From Candidatus Rifleibacteriota bacterium (lineage in GTDB: Bacteria > Muiribacteriota > Ozemobacteria > Ozemobacterales > Ozemobacteraceae), in NCBI GenBank assembly GCA_012517355.1, contig JAAYVD010000172.1:64081-128080 (forward strand): 64,000 bases of DNA. Direction: 5' to 3'. Position numbers and translations under genes: made by a program. Every line of letters starts with the position of its first letter. Position 1 is the first letter of the stretch. Positions 8,845-17,487 of this stretch are shown one piece after another. The notes under the pieces are model-generated. The model searched no databases. It was given only the letters and a program-made list of their open reading frames with translations, and had not been told where the DNA came from.

Positions 8845-10784
8845 GCGACGACGCCGTCGATATCCTGCCTCCCGAGGAGAGCCGGGAGCGCCGCGCCGGG
8901 GTCACCGCCCTCTGGCTGATGGCCCTGCTCATCGCCGGGCCTCTCTACCTCGGCTCGTTGGCCTGGTACGGCTTCGACCGCGTCTTCGCCCGCCTCGGCC
9001 TGATCCACGCCTCTCCCGATGCTGACGACCCCGACCACCCCCGCCTGCCGATCGTCCCCGTCCCTGACACCCTCCGGTTCGAGGACGCTTCGCACCTGCA
9101 GGCGATCCGTTCCCAGGAGGAATTCCTCAAGACCCTGCTGTTCACCTGCGAGGCCGACGAGCCCCTTCCCGCCGAACCCCTGCACTTCCGGCAGCGGACC
9201 ATGGAAATCTTCACCCCCTCCGCCATGCGGTCGGTCCGGACGAACCAGCCGGGCGGCGACGCCCCCGACTTCGCGCTCGACGAAGACCCCCTGTGGGTCG
9301 GGCTGCCGCAACGGACCTGCCTGCTGCGCTTTTTCCGGAACAGCGACGGGGTCCTGGCCTACCCTCCCGTCCTTCGACGGCTGGCCGGGCCCCAGGAGTT
9401 CCTGCCGGCGCGCGACGGCTCGGTCTCCTTCCCCGGCACCATCGCCGTCGGCGACGAGTATGAGGTGGCCTGGCTGCCCCAGCCCGAGTTCGGCCCCGGC
9501 CACCGGATCCCCGCCCTCGACAAGGACAACATCTACCTGGACCTGGGGCCCCTGGTCCGCGAGCAGCTGGACGCGGTGGCCAGCCAGGCCGCCCTCCACG
9601 GCCTGCCCAAGCCCGTGGCGGTACGGGCGATCCGCGATTTCCTCGAGCGGGAGTTCGTCTATTCCCTCAAGATCAGCCCGCCGCCGCCCGACATCCACCC
9701 GGTGCTCGATTTCCTGACGCGCACGAAGACGGGGCACTGCCAGCACATCGCCGGCTCGTTCGTCGCCCTCGCCCGCTTCTGCGGGATCGGCGCGCGCGTG
9801 GCGACGGGGTATCTGGAAAGCCGTCGCGACGCCAGCGGCACACGCGTGTTCGTCCTGGGCGACGTCGGGCATGCCTGGCCGGAGGTGCTGACCGACCGCG
9901 GCTGGGTGGTCTGCGATCCCAGCGTCCGGCCCCTCCAGCGGGAACGCGGCCCGGCCCCGGCCTTCGCCTTGCCCGACGAACGGCAGCTGCAGCGCCGCCT
10001 GGCCGCCGGCGTCCGCCAGAATCGCGGGGAACCGCCGCGGGAAGACGAGGAGACCCCCGATTCCCGGTTCGGCGACGGGGCGCGCCGGCAGGCTTCCGAC
10101 CGCTGGCCCGCCCTGGTCCGTGATGGTTTGGTGATGCGGCCGGACGCGCCCGGCACCGTCCAGGCCGACCGCGAACGGCAACGCGCCTACGAGGAGGCCG
10201 AACGGGCGAAGGCCGACGCGGCGGCGGCGAAGGAATGGTGGCGCTGGCTGGGATGGCTGCTGCTGGCCGTGACCGCCACCGTGCTCGTCGTCGGGGCCTG
10301 GAAGACGGGCCTGGTGACGCTGGTCACGGCCAAGGTCCTCCGCTTCCTGCTGCGACTCGTGCGCCTGCTCCTCTTCGGACCGGAACCCGAGGGCCCCGCG
10401 GCGCGCGGCTATGACCCCGCCCGCCTTGGCCGCCTGTATGAGGAGCTGCAGCGGCCCGCCGGCCCCGATTTCCACGCCAAGGACCTGGTGCGGCTGTTCA
10501 ACGAGTTCCTGCGGCTGATGGCCGAGGTGGCCGGCCAGCCGCGCCTGTCTTCGGAAACCGCCGCCGAGTATCTGGCCCGGGTTCGGGCCTCGCACGAGCT
10601 GCCCGAGCGGGAATGCGCGGCCGTGGTGACGGCGTTCGGCGCGGCGTTGTACGGGAGGAAGAGCGTGCCGCGCGAGTCGGTGCGCGTGTTCCGGGAGAGC
10701 CTGCGGGTGCTGCTGCAGCACATGCTGGCGCGGCAGGCCCCCGACTATTCCACGACGGCGCCCGCCGCGCCGCGGGAGGGGTGA
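8841..10784 (+). CDS. Transglutaminase-like membrane protein with C-terminal DUF4129-like region
   Basis: Catalytic Cys-His-Asp motifs GHCQHIAGSF, HAWPEV and GWVVCDP; ETAAEYLAR...ALYG at the C-terminus; ATGA overlap with the DUF58 gene. Confidence 0.85.
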   Translation: MSDDAVDILPPEESRERRAGVTALWLMALLIAGPLYLGSLAWYGFDRVFARLGLIHASPDADDPDHPRLPIVPVPDTLRFEDASHLQAIRSQEEFLKTLLFTCEADEPLPAEPLHFRQRTMEIFTPSAMRSVRTNQPGGDAPDFALDEDPLWVGLPQRTCLLRFFRNSDGVLAYPPVLRRLAGPQEFLPARDGSVSFPGTIAVGDEYEVAWLPQPEFGPGHRIPALDKDNIYLDLGPLVREQLDAVASQAALHGLPKPVAVRAIRDFLEREFVYSLKISPPPPDIHPVLDFLTRTKTGHCQHIAGSFVALARFCGIGARVATGYLESRRDASGTRVFVLGDVGHAWPEVLTDRGWVVCDPSVRPLQRERGPAPAFALPDERQLQRRLAAGVRQNRGEPPREDEETPDSRFGDGARRQASDRWPALVRDGLVMRPDAPGTVQADRERQRAYEEAERAKADAAAAKEWWRWLGWLLLAVTATVLVVGAWKTGLVTLVTAKVLRFLLRLVRLLLFGPEPEGPAARGYDPARLGRLYEELQRPAGPDFHAKDLVRLFNEFLRLMAEVAGQPRLSSETAAEYLARVRASHELPERECAAVVTAFGAALYGRKSVPRESVRVFRESLRVLLQHMLARQAPDYSTTAPAAPREG

Positions 10785-10795
10785 GAGGCACGGAC

Positions 10796-11194
10796 ATGGA
10801 AAAGTGGTTCTTCGAGACGGTGGGCTTCCTGATCAGCCTGTTCGGCACGGTGGTGGTCTTCTGGGGCGTGGCCGAGGCGTTCCTCGGGTTCCTGCGCACC
10901 AAGCTGAAGCTGGCCGGGGAGGAGGCGACCGAAGCGCTGGCGGCCATCCGGCGCCGTCTGGGAGCGCACCTGCTGCTGGGCCTGGAGGTCTTCATCGCCG
11001 AGGACATCATCAACTCGGTGATCCGCCCGAGCTGGGAAAAGGTCGGCATGCTGGGGGCCATCGTGGTCATCCGCACCGTGCTCAGCCACTTCCTGCACCG
11101 CGAACTGGCCGAGGAGGAGCATGGGAAGACCGTCCGGAGCGTGGATGCCGACAAGCCCTGGCCGGCCGGAACCTCTGTGGGGAAGGGGGAGTGA
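10796..11194 (+). CDS. DUF1622-family membrane protein
   Basis: R..LG..LLLGLEVFIAEDII and LGAIVVIRTVLSHFL..E motifs. Confidence 0.85.
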   Translation: MEKWFFETVGFLISLFGTVVVFWGVAEAFLGFLRTKLKLAGEEATEALAAIRRRLGAHLLLGLEVFIAEDIINSVIRPSWEKVGMLGAIVVIRTVLSHFLHRELAEEEHGKTVRSVDADKPWPAGTSVGKGE

Positions 11195-11196
11195 AC

Positions 11197-11703
11197 ATGC
11201 ATCGGATGTTGGCGATCGGGGTTGTCGTCGTCCTGGTCTCGGCGATGGTGGTGCCGGTGGTTGCCGACGCCACGGCCGCGGACGGCCGACCCTTCGCGCC
11301 CTTCCTCGGGGAATGGCGTGGGGTGGCCAAAGCCCTCAACCGGCACGTCCTGGACCCCCTCATCCCCTTCTGCCTCACGGTCGAGCCCGCCGGCACCTTT
11401 TCCGGGAGGATCGGCCCCATGAAGATCCTCTCGGGGCACGTCGTCGAAGGGAAGGCCGCCCCCGCCCACCTCGCCAGGAGGGGCGGACACATTCTCGCCC
11501 TGGAGGTGGAAGGGCAGGTGACCCCGGCCTGGCCCATCGAGCGGTTCCCGTATGTTCTCTGGGTGAGCCGTCTGCAGGGGGCGGTCGAGGGGGAGATCAT
11601 CGGGAAGGGAATCGATTCCCGCCTCGGTGTTCCCGATACCGTGACCTACCGCATCCTGTCCTGGGACAGGTTCATTTCTGGAAACCCGCCGAGGAATCGA
11701 TGA
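11197..11703 (+). CDS. Hypothetical exported protein
   Basis: Signal peptide MHRMLAIGVVVVLVSAMVVPVVA; GGGGAG RBS; adjacent to the previous stop codon. Confidence 0.65.
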   Translation: MHRMLAIGVVVVLVSAMVVPVVADATAADGRPFAPFLGEWRGVAKALNRHVLDPLIPFCLTVEPAGTFSGRIGPMKILSGHVVEGKAAPAHLARRGGHILALEVEGQVTPAWPIERFPYVLWVSRLQGAVEGEIIGKGIDSRLGVPDTVTYRILSWDRFISGNPPRNR

Positions 11704-12257
11704 GATTGTCGCAACCCGTTGACCAAGGCCATTCGAAACGAGGTCCGCCAGACCACCTGGCCGCCATTGGTGGCGTGACGAACCTCCCGTTTCACGCTCC
11801 GCCTGGGGACCGACCGCCACGAAATCGGGCAGACCTCCTTTCCGGCATGGATGGAGGGGTGAACCGTCCGGTGTCCGGGTGGTCGGTGGGCCGGCCGGCC
11901 CCAGGCCGGAAGGAACCTCTGTCCCCCAAAGAGGGCGGCGCGCAACACCTGTTTCGCGGATCGCGCCTGGGTCGTCTGTCGGTTCTCCTCGGGCTCTTCA
12001 TCTTGACCGTGGGGTTGGGAATGGCCCGGGTGCTGCCGGACGGGGGCGCCGTCCTGGAGAAGACCATCTTTCGTCAATGTCGCGAATCCGCAAGAGTTCA
12101 TTGAGCTCCATCCGGACGGCGGATTTCTTGTCCACCGGGGGGGCATGACCGGTCTGGGCGATACACGGTTTCCGGCAAGACAGAATCCAGAACTGGCGGG
12201 AGGCGGGGTTGCCCTACCCATCGGCAGTGACCGGGATCATGCTTTCCATAAGAAAGC

Positions 12258-12411
12258 AATGATCCGCATTAAGGCTTGCCGAAGGGGCTTTGCCCCTTCA
12301 CCCCACCAGGGCCGATGGCCCTGGACCCTTTCTGCTGGCGAGGTGAACGCTGATGCATTCACCTCGCGGAAGCTCCGCTTCGCGGTTCGTTAGCCCTGGA
12401 CCGGACGGTAG
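12258..12411 (+). mobile_element. 154-bp multi-hairpin dispersed element (family A, copy 1); MITE/REP-like
   Basis: Near-identical to the reverse complement of 49237-49390. Contains hairpins GAAGGGGC-TTT-GCCCCTTC, CCAGGGCC-GAT-GGCCCTGG and GCGAGGTGAA...TTCACCTCGC. Confidence 0.8.
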
Positions 12412-12509
12412 AAAAAAAGACCCTCTTGGAAAAGAAGCTCGGCATTCTGGGCAAAGACGATTTCGGAAAAGTCACGGAAAACCTGAGGAAAACCCTGGAA
12501 TCATGAGCC

Positions 12510-12539
12510 AAAACCGCCCCTCCGGGGGGGAGGGGCGGT
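12510..12539 (-). terminator. Putative terminator after serC
   Basis: ACCGCCCCTCC-4nt-GGAGGGGCGGT stem with a short T-run on the minus strand. Confidence 0.6.
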
Positions 12540-12596
12540 CGGATGGGGCAGCGACGGGCGGGCCGGGGAGCCGGCCCGCGCCGGGAAGCGGTCAGC

Positions 12597-13682
12597 TCAG
12601 CGGTTGGCCTTGGCGAAGTCGTCCATCAGCTTGGCGAGGGCGCGGGCGCCGTCGACCGGCATGGCGTTGTAGACCGAGGCGCGGCAGCCGCCGACGCTGC
12701 GGTGGCCCTTCAGGCCGTCGAGTTTCTGCTTCTTCGCTTCCTCGAGGAACTTGGCCTCGAGTTCCTCGGTCTTCATCCGGAAGACGATGTTCATCTTCGA
12801 CTGGCAGGCCTTCGGCACCGGGCAGGTGTAGAAGCCGTTGGAGCGGGCGATCGCGTCGTAGATGATGCCCGACCGCTCGGCCGCGAGCTTCTCGGCCGCC
12901 GGCAGGCCGCCGATGCCCTTCAGCCATTCCATGGTGAGCTTGATCGCCCAGATGGTGAAGACCGGGGGGGTGTTGTACATCGAGTTCTCTTTGACGTGGA
13001 GCCGGAAGTCGAGATAGTTGATGATGCTCTCCGGGCACTTCTTCAGCAGGTCCTCGCGCATGATCACGATGCAGGCGCCGGCGGGGCCGGCGTTCTTCTG
13101 GGCGCCGGCGTAGATCAGGGCGAACTTCTCGACCGGCACGCGGCGGCTCATGAAGTCGGAGGACATGTCACAGAACAGCGGCACGTTGCCGACGTCCGGC
13201 CAGTCCTGCCACTGAACCCCGCCGATCGTCTCGTTCGAGGTCATGTGGAAGTAGGCCGCGTCGGGGCTGGCCTTCAGGCTCTTGGGGTCGGGCAGGTTCA
13301 GATAGTTGTCGGCCTTGCCGTCCCAGACCACGTTGACCTTGCCCACCTTCTTGGCATCCTCGATGGCCTTCTTGGCCCAGGCCCCGGTGTTGGTGTAATC
13401 GGCGGACTTGCCGCCCCACAAAAAGTTCATCGGGATCATGCCGAACTGCAGCGTGGCGCCACCGCCCAGGATCAGCACCTTGTGGGTGTCGGGAACCCCG
13501 AGCAATTCCTTGATGAGGGCGAGGCACTGGTTGTGCATCTCGTCGACCACCTTGCCGCGGTGGCTCATCTCGATGAGGGACATCCCCTTCCCCTGGAAAT
13601 CGACGATCTCGTCGCGGATCTTCTCGAGGACGGGGACGGGCAGGATGGACGGTCCTGCGCTGAAGTTGAAGATGCGGGCCAT
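12597..13682 (-). CDS. serC: Phosphoserine aminotransferase
   Basis: FNFSAGPSILP, EMSHR, GGATLQF, SNETIGG, DMSS, YAGAQKNAGPAG (PLP lysine) and GHRSVGGCRAS motifs. Confidence 0.97.
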   Translation of the reverse strand: MARIFNFSAGPSILPVPVLEKIRDEIVDFQGKGMSLIEMSHRGKVVDEMHNQCLALIKELLGVPDTHKVLILGGGATLQFGMIPMNFLWGGKSADYTNTGAWAKKAIEDAKKVGKVNVVWDGKADNYLNLPDPKSLKASPDAAYFHMTSNETIGGVQWQDWPDVGNVPLFCDMSSDFMSRRVPVEKFALIYAGAQKNAGPAGACIVIMREDLLKKCPESIINYLDFRLHVKENSMYNTPPVFTIWAIKLTMEWLKGIGGLPAAEKLAAERSGIIYDAIARSNGFYTCPVPKACQSKMNIVFRMKTEELEAKFLEEAKKQKLDGLKGHRSVGGCRASVYNAMPVDGARALAKLMDDFAKANR

Positions 13683-13765
13683 GGAATTCTCCTTTTCCGA
13701 TGTTTTGGTGGAAGCGCCCCCCGGCGCCCCGGCCGGAGCGGAGCGGGGGGCGGGAACGGACTCGG

Positions 13766-14686
13766 TCAGCGGGTGAGCTGGGAAATGACGATCTCGGCGA
13801 CGTCCTTGCCGGCGCGGGACTGCCCCTCGTCGGTCGAAGCGCCCAGGTGCGGCAGGGCGATCACGTTCTGGTGCTTGACCAGATCGTGGTTCGCGGTGGG
13901 TTCCTTCTCCCAGACGTCGATGCCGGCCGCGGCCACGGTGCCGTCGTTGAGGGCGGCCAGCAGGGCCTTCTCGTCGACGGTGCCGCCGCGGGCGCAGTTG
14001 ACCAGGAAGGCCCCCTTCTTCATCTGCTTGAACTGGGCTTCGCCGAGGGTGGGGCCGGCCGCCTTGTCGAAGGGGATGTGCAGGCTGACGAAGTCGCTCT
14101 GCTTCAGCAGCTCTTCCATGGAGACCATCTTCACGAAAGGAAGGGGGCTCTGCTTGATGACGGCGTCGTAGGCGAACACCTTCATCCCGAAGGCCTGGGC
14201 GCGGGTGGCCACCGCCTGCCCGATGCGGCCGATGCCGATCAGGCCAAGGGTCTTCTCATACAGCTCGCTTCCCTGGAAGGACTTCTTGTCCCACTCGCCG
14301 TTCTTCATCGAGATGTTGGCCCGGCCCACCTTGCGGGCGAGGGCGAGCATCAGGCCGAAGGCCAGCTCGGCCACCGAGATGGTGGTGCAGGAGGGGGTGT
14401 TGGCGACCTTGATGTTCCGCTCCTTGGCGGCCACCTGGTCGACGTTGTCCAGGCCGACGCCGGCCCGGGCGATCAGCTTGAGGTCCTTGCCGGCCTCGAT
14501 GACGGCACGGGTGACCTTGGTGGCCGAACGCACCACGATGGCGTGGTAGCCGGGAATCTCCTTCAGCAGCTCCTCGGGGGTCAGCTTGTTCTTGTAGGCG
14601 ACCTCGAGGGCGGGGTGCTTTTTCAGCATCTCCACGGCCTGGGCGTCGAGGGAGTCGGCGATGAGAACCTTGGCTTTCTCTGGCAT
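13766..14686 (-). CDS. serA: D-3-phosphoglycerate dehydrogenase (short form, no ACT domain)
   Basis: VRSATKV, RAGVGLDNVD, GIGRIG, NCARGG and PHLGAST.EGQ motifs; directly upstream of serC. Confidence 0.9.
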   Translation of the reverse strand: MPEKAKVLIADSLDAQAVEMLKKHPALEVAYKNKLTPEELLKEIPGYHAIVVRSATKVTRAVIEAGKDLKLIARAGVGLDNVDQVAAKERNIKVANTPSCTTISVAELAFGLMLALARKVGRANISMKNGEWDKKSFQGSELYEKTLGLIGIGRIGQAVATRAQAFGMKVFAYDAVIKQSPLPFVKMVSMEELLKQSDFVSLHIPFDKAAGPTLGEAQFKQMKKGAFLVNCARGGTVDEKALLAALNDGTVAAAGIDVWEKEPTANHDLVKHQNVIALPHLGASTDEGQSRAGKDVAEIVISQLTR

Positions 14687-14736
14687 GGAACAGGGCTCCT
14701 TTCCTTGTTGATGGTGGAATTCTCAACCGCACGCCC

Positions 14737-14765
14737 ACCCTAGCACCCCCCCCGGTCCGTGTCAA
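14737..14765 (-). promoter_or_regulatory. sigma70-type promoter for serA-serC
   Basis: TTGACA-17nt-TAGGGT with a TG extension on the minus strand. Confidence 0.6.
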
Positions 14766-14874
14766 CCCGCGTTGGGTGCTGATGCCGGCCTGGCCGATAT
14801 TCCCGCCCATCCTTGGGCTTTTCGTCCCGAGGCGACCGGCCCGAGGCCGGATGGGCCCCGCCCCCGTCACGGCG

Positions 14875-15054
14875 GGCGGCGCGAAACGCCCGTTTCGCGC
14901 ATCGCAAAGGGGCCGACCGACACGATGTCGGAAGTGCCCCTTTGCCGCCACGGATGGCGGCGCGAAACGCCCGTTTCGCGCATCGCAAAGGGGCCGACCG
15001 ACACGATGTCGGAAGTGCCCCTTTGCCGCCACGGATGGCGGCGCGAAACGCCCG
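14875..15054. repeat. 81-bp perfect tandem repeat (2.2 units) of a multi-hairpin unit (family B)
   Basis: GCGAAACG recurs at 14881, 14962 and 15043; the units are identical and contain internal palindromes. Confidence 0.92.
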
Positions 15055-15091
15055 CCTGGCGAGCCGCAGCGGGATCGACCGACCGATCTTC

Positions 15092-15120
15092 TTGAGTGGC
15101 AGGGGGTGCCGTGGTATCCT
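15092..15120 (+). promoter_or_regulatory. sigma70-type promoter for the TPR gene
   Basis: TTGAGT-17nt-TATCCT with a TG extension. Confidence 0.55.
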
Positions 15121-15148
15121 GGCGGAAGTTCGATGGAGGGAAGATGCC

Positions 15149-16291
15149 ATGAACGTGCGTTCCCGTTGCTTCCTGATGCTGGCCGTCTGTGTCGGCCTGC
15201 TTTTCCTGTCGGCCCTGCCCGTCCCGGCCCAGGATGAAGACGAATCGCTGCAGGATGCCCGCCTGCTGTTCAAGTCCGCGCTAGACCTGAAAAAGCAGGG
15301 GAAACTCACCGAGGCCGCGCAGACCTACGAGAAGGCCGTCCGGAAGAACCGGGCCATCCTGGGCGAGGACGACGAAGGGCTCATCGCCGAGCTGCAGAAG
15401 GTCTACGAGAGCCGGCTCGCCAGCGCCCCCGATGACATCAAGTCCCTCGAGGGGATGGGCTTTCTGCATGCCGTCTGTCATTCCGACTTCCCCAAGGCCC
15501 TGACCTATTACGAGAAGGTCATCCAGTTGTCTCCCGACGAAGGCGTCCGCGAGCGCACCACCTTCCTCGTCGAACGGCTGCGCGCCATGGGCGACCAGGC
15601 CTCCAAGGTCCAGGAAGACATGGCCACCAACCAGCGCGACGAGCGCCTGAAGGAATGGGCCGAGATGGAGAAGCAGGACGCCCTCGCCGCCCAGACCGCC
15701 CAGGAACAGAAAGAGGCGGCCACCATCGGCGCCCTCGGCAAGACGAAGGAAGACCTCGAGGCCCGCATCCCCCAGATGGAAGACGAACTCAAGGCCCTCG
15801 ACGAGGAATACAAAAAGGCCAACCGCCTCTGGTACACCCTGAAAGATGACCGCTACGACCGCAAGCGCGACCGCCTCGAGAAGGAGATCGAGCAGAAGAA
15901 GCAGGCCCTCGAGGAAGCCAAGGACAAGCTCGAGGATGCCACCAGCAAGCTCGATGCCTACGATGCCGCCCAGGAGAAGAAGAACACTACCAAGCCCGCC
16001 ACGGGCGGCGGTTCCCCCGCCACCCCCGACGCGGGCACCCCGCCTGACGGCCAACCCGTCCCTCCCGACGGGAATCCGCCGACCATTGCCCCGGGCGACC
16101 CGGGTGCGCCGCCGCCCGACCAGCCGGGTGATCAAACCCCCCTTTCGCCCGCCGACCAGCCGCTCACCCCGATCCAGCCCACCCTTCCGGATGCGCCGGC
16201 CCCCGACACCGACCCCGCCCTTCCGCCCCTCGACGAAGGTTCCGCGCCCCCCGCCGACGGAGCAGCCCCCCCATCCGACGCAGGAGAATGA
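15149..16291 (+). CDS. Exported TPR-like/coiled-coil protein with Pro/Asp-rich tail
   Basis: Signal peptide, TPR-like helices (EAAQTYEKAV, KALTYYEKVIQLSP), coiled coil and low-complexity C-terminus; GGAGGG RBS. Confidence 0.8.
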   Translation: MNVRSRCFLMLAVCVGLLFLSALPVPAQDEDESLQDARLLFKSALDLKKQGKLTEAAQTYEKAVRKNRAILGEDDEGLIAELQKVYESRLASAPDDIKSLEGMGFLHAVCHSDFPKALTYYEKVIQLSPDEGVRERTTFLVERLRAMGDQASKVQEDMATNQRDERLKEWAEMEKQDALAAQTAQEQKEAATIGALGKTKEDLEARIPQMEDELKALDEEYKKANRLWYTLKDDRYDRKRDRLEKEIEQKKQALEEAKDKLEDATSKLDAYDAAQEKKNTTKPATGGGSPATPDAGTPPDGQPVPPDGNPPTIAPGDPGAPPPDQPGDQTPLSPADQPLTPIQPTLPDAPAPDTDPALPPLDEGSAPPADGAAPPSDAGE

Positions 16292-16340
16292 CCCTCCGGA
16301 CACCCGTCTGATCCACCTCCTCCTTCTCTCATTCCCCCAT

Positions 16341-16688
16341 CGTTCCTGCCGTCGCCGACCCAACCGGCGACTCCCTTCGCCATTTCCCCCTCTTCCCCCC
16401 TTCCCCTGCCGTTCTCAAAGTTTCCGTCGCTCACGGTTTTTCTGACTCTCCCGCCTCTTCTCTCCCCCTCCTCCTCCGCCTCTCCTTCCCCGATCGCCCT
16501 CCATCGCCGATTCAGCCGGCGATTCCCTTCGCCATTTCCCCCTCTTCCCCCCTTCCCCTGCCGTTCTCGAGGTTTCAATCGTTCGCAGTTTGCCTGACTC
16601 TCCTGCCTTTCGCTTGCCTCAACTTCACCTTCTCTCCTCCCCCCACCGATCCTGCCGTCGCCCACCCAACCGGCGACTCCCTTCGCAT
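16341..16688. repeat. Pyrimidine-rich imperfect direct repeats (family C), three copies
   Basis: Core CCGGCGA(C/T)TCCCTTCGC(CATTTCCCCC..TCTTCCCCCCTTCCCCTGCCGTTCTC) at about 16364, 16516 and 16670; related copy at about 24472-24532. Confidence 0.75.
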
Positions 16689-16789
16689 CACCTCTTCATT
16701 CTCCTGTCCCTTTCAAGGGTTCAACCGATGGGCGGAAGTCTCTTCTCTGCCGGTCGTTCTCCCCTCTCTTGGCTCGTGGTGAGGGCCGG

Positions 16790-16830
16790 AAAAGACGAAA
16801 CCCGCGCCCGGCCTCAGCCAGGAGCGGGTC
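16790..16830 (-). terminator. Putative terminator after the ferredoxin gene
   Basis: Imperfect GC stem ACCCGC..CCTGGC/GCCGGG..GCGGGT followed by TTTCGTCTTTT on the minus strand. Confidence 0.55.
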
Positions 16831-16851
16831 TCTGCCGCGCGGGAACCGGGA

Positions 16852-17022
16852 TTACAGGCTCAGAGCCTCCACCGGGCACACCGACACGCAGGCGCCGCAC
16901 TCGATGCAGCCGTCGCCTTTGTAGTTGGCCTTGCCGTCTTTCATTTCCAGCACTTCGACCGGGCAGGTCCCGATGCAGGCCCCACAACCCGTGCACTTGT
17001 TCTTGTCGACCTTGATCGCCAT
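16852..17022 (-). CDS. fdx: 2[4Fe-4S] clostridial-type ferredoxin (56 aa; absent from the ORF track)
   Basis: Manual translation MAIKVDKNKCTGCGACIGTCPVEVLEMKDGKANYKGDGCIECGACVSVCPVEALSL; two CxxCxxCxxxCP motifs; GGAGG RBS. Confidence 0.95.
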   Translation of the reverse strand: MAIKVDKNKCTGCGACIGTCPVEVLEMKDGKANYKGDGCIECGACVSVCPVEALSL

Positions 17023-17140
17023 TGGTGATTCCTCCAGATGGATTTGCAGACTGCCACGTAGGCGGAAAGACGCGCCATACTACAGTACCATCCGGGAAAA
17101 GTAAAGCGGGCTCCCCCCATCGCTTCCGGACGGTCTCTTG

Positions 17141-17225
17141 GCGCTTCGCCAGACGGGCGTCCCACGCCGTCGGCCGTGGCGGCAAAGGGGAACCTTCCGA
17201 CAGCCTTCCGACAGCCTTCCGACAG
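17141..17225 (-). repeat. Degenerate family-B copy (inverted) followed by 3x11-bp tandem CCTTCCGACAG
   Basis: Reverse complement TCGGAAGGTTCCCCTTTGCCGCCACGG...GACGCCCGTCTGGCGA matches 15009-15062; the 11-mer occurs at 17193, 17204 and 17215. Confidence 0.75.
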
Positions 17226-17487
17226 CTGCCGGTCGCCCTGCTTGCCGCGCTCAAAAAGCGGGCTTCGCCTTGCCCGCCGGATCTCTTCGGAGGCCCTTTC
17301 CGTCATCGCGCCGGTCGGCCGCCGTCCCTCCCCGCCCGGAAAACCCCTGCCGGAGGTTTCCAACGCCAGGCCAGGGTTTCGCCCCTGCAATCGGATGGCG
17401 GGGTCGGCACGATTGTGGTAGTATTCCCCACCTTCGCCCCGGGGGAGGAGGCTCCCCCAACATCGAGATCGGGAGGGAATGCCTGGT

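Noticed and set aside
11859..12104. Small ORF with a hydrophobic segment (VNRPVSG...LSVLLGLFILTVGLG)
   Set aside because: Atypical codon usage and no recognisable motif; it may be a gene remnant but cannot be supported.
14875..15054. Possible CRISPR array
   Set aside because: The units are fully identical 81-mers with no unique spacers, and no cas1/cas2 genes are nearby.
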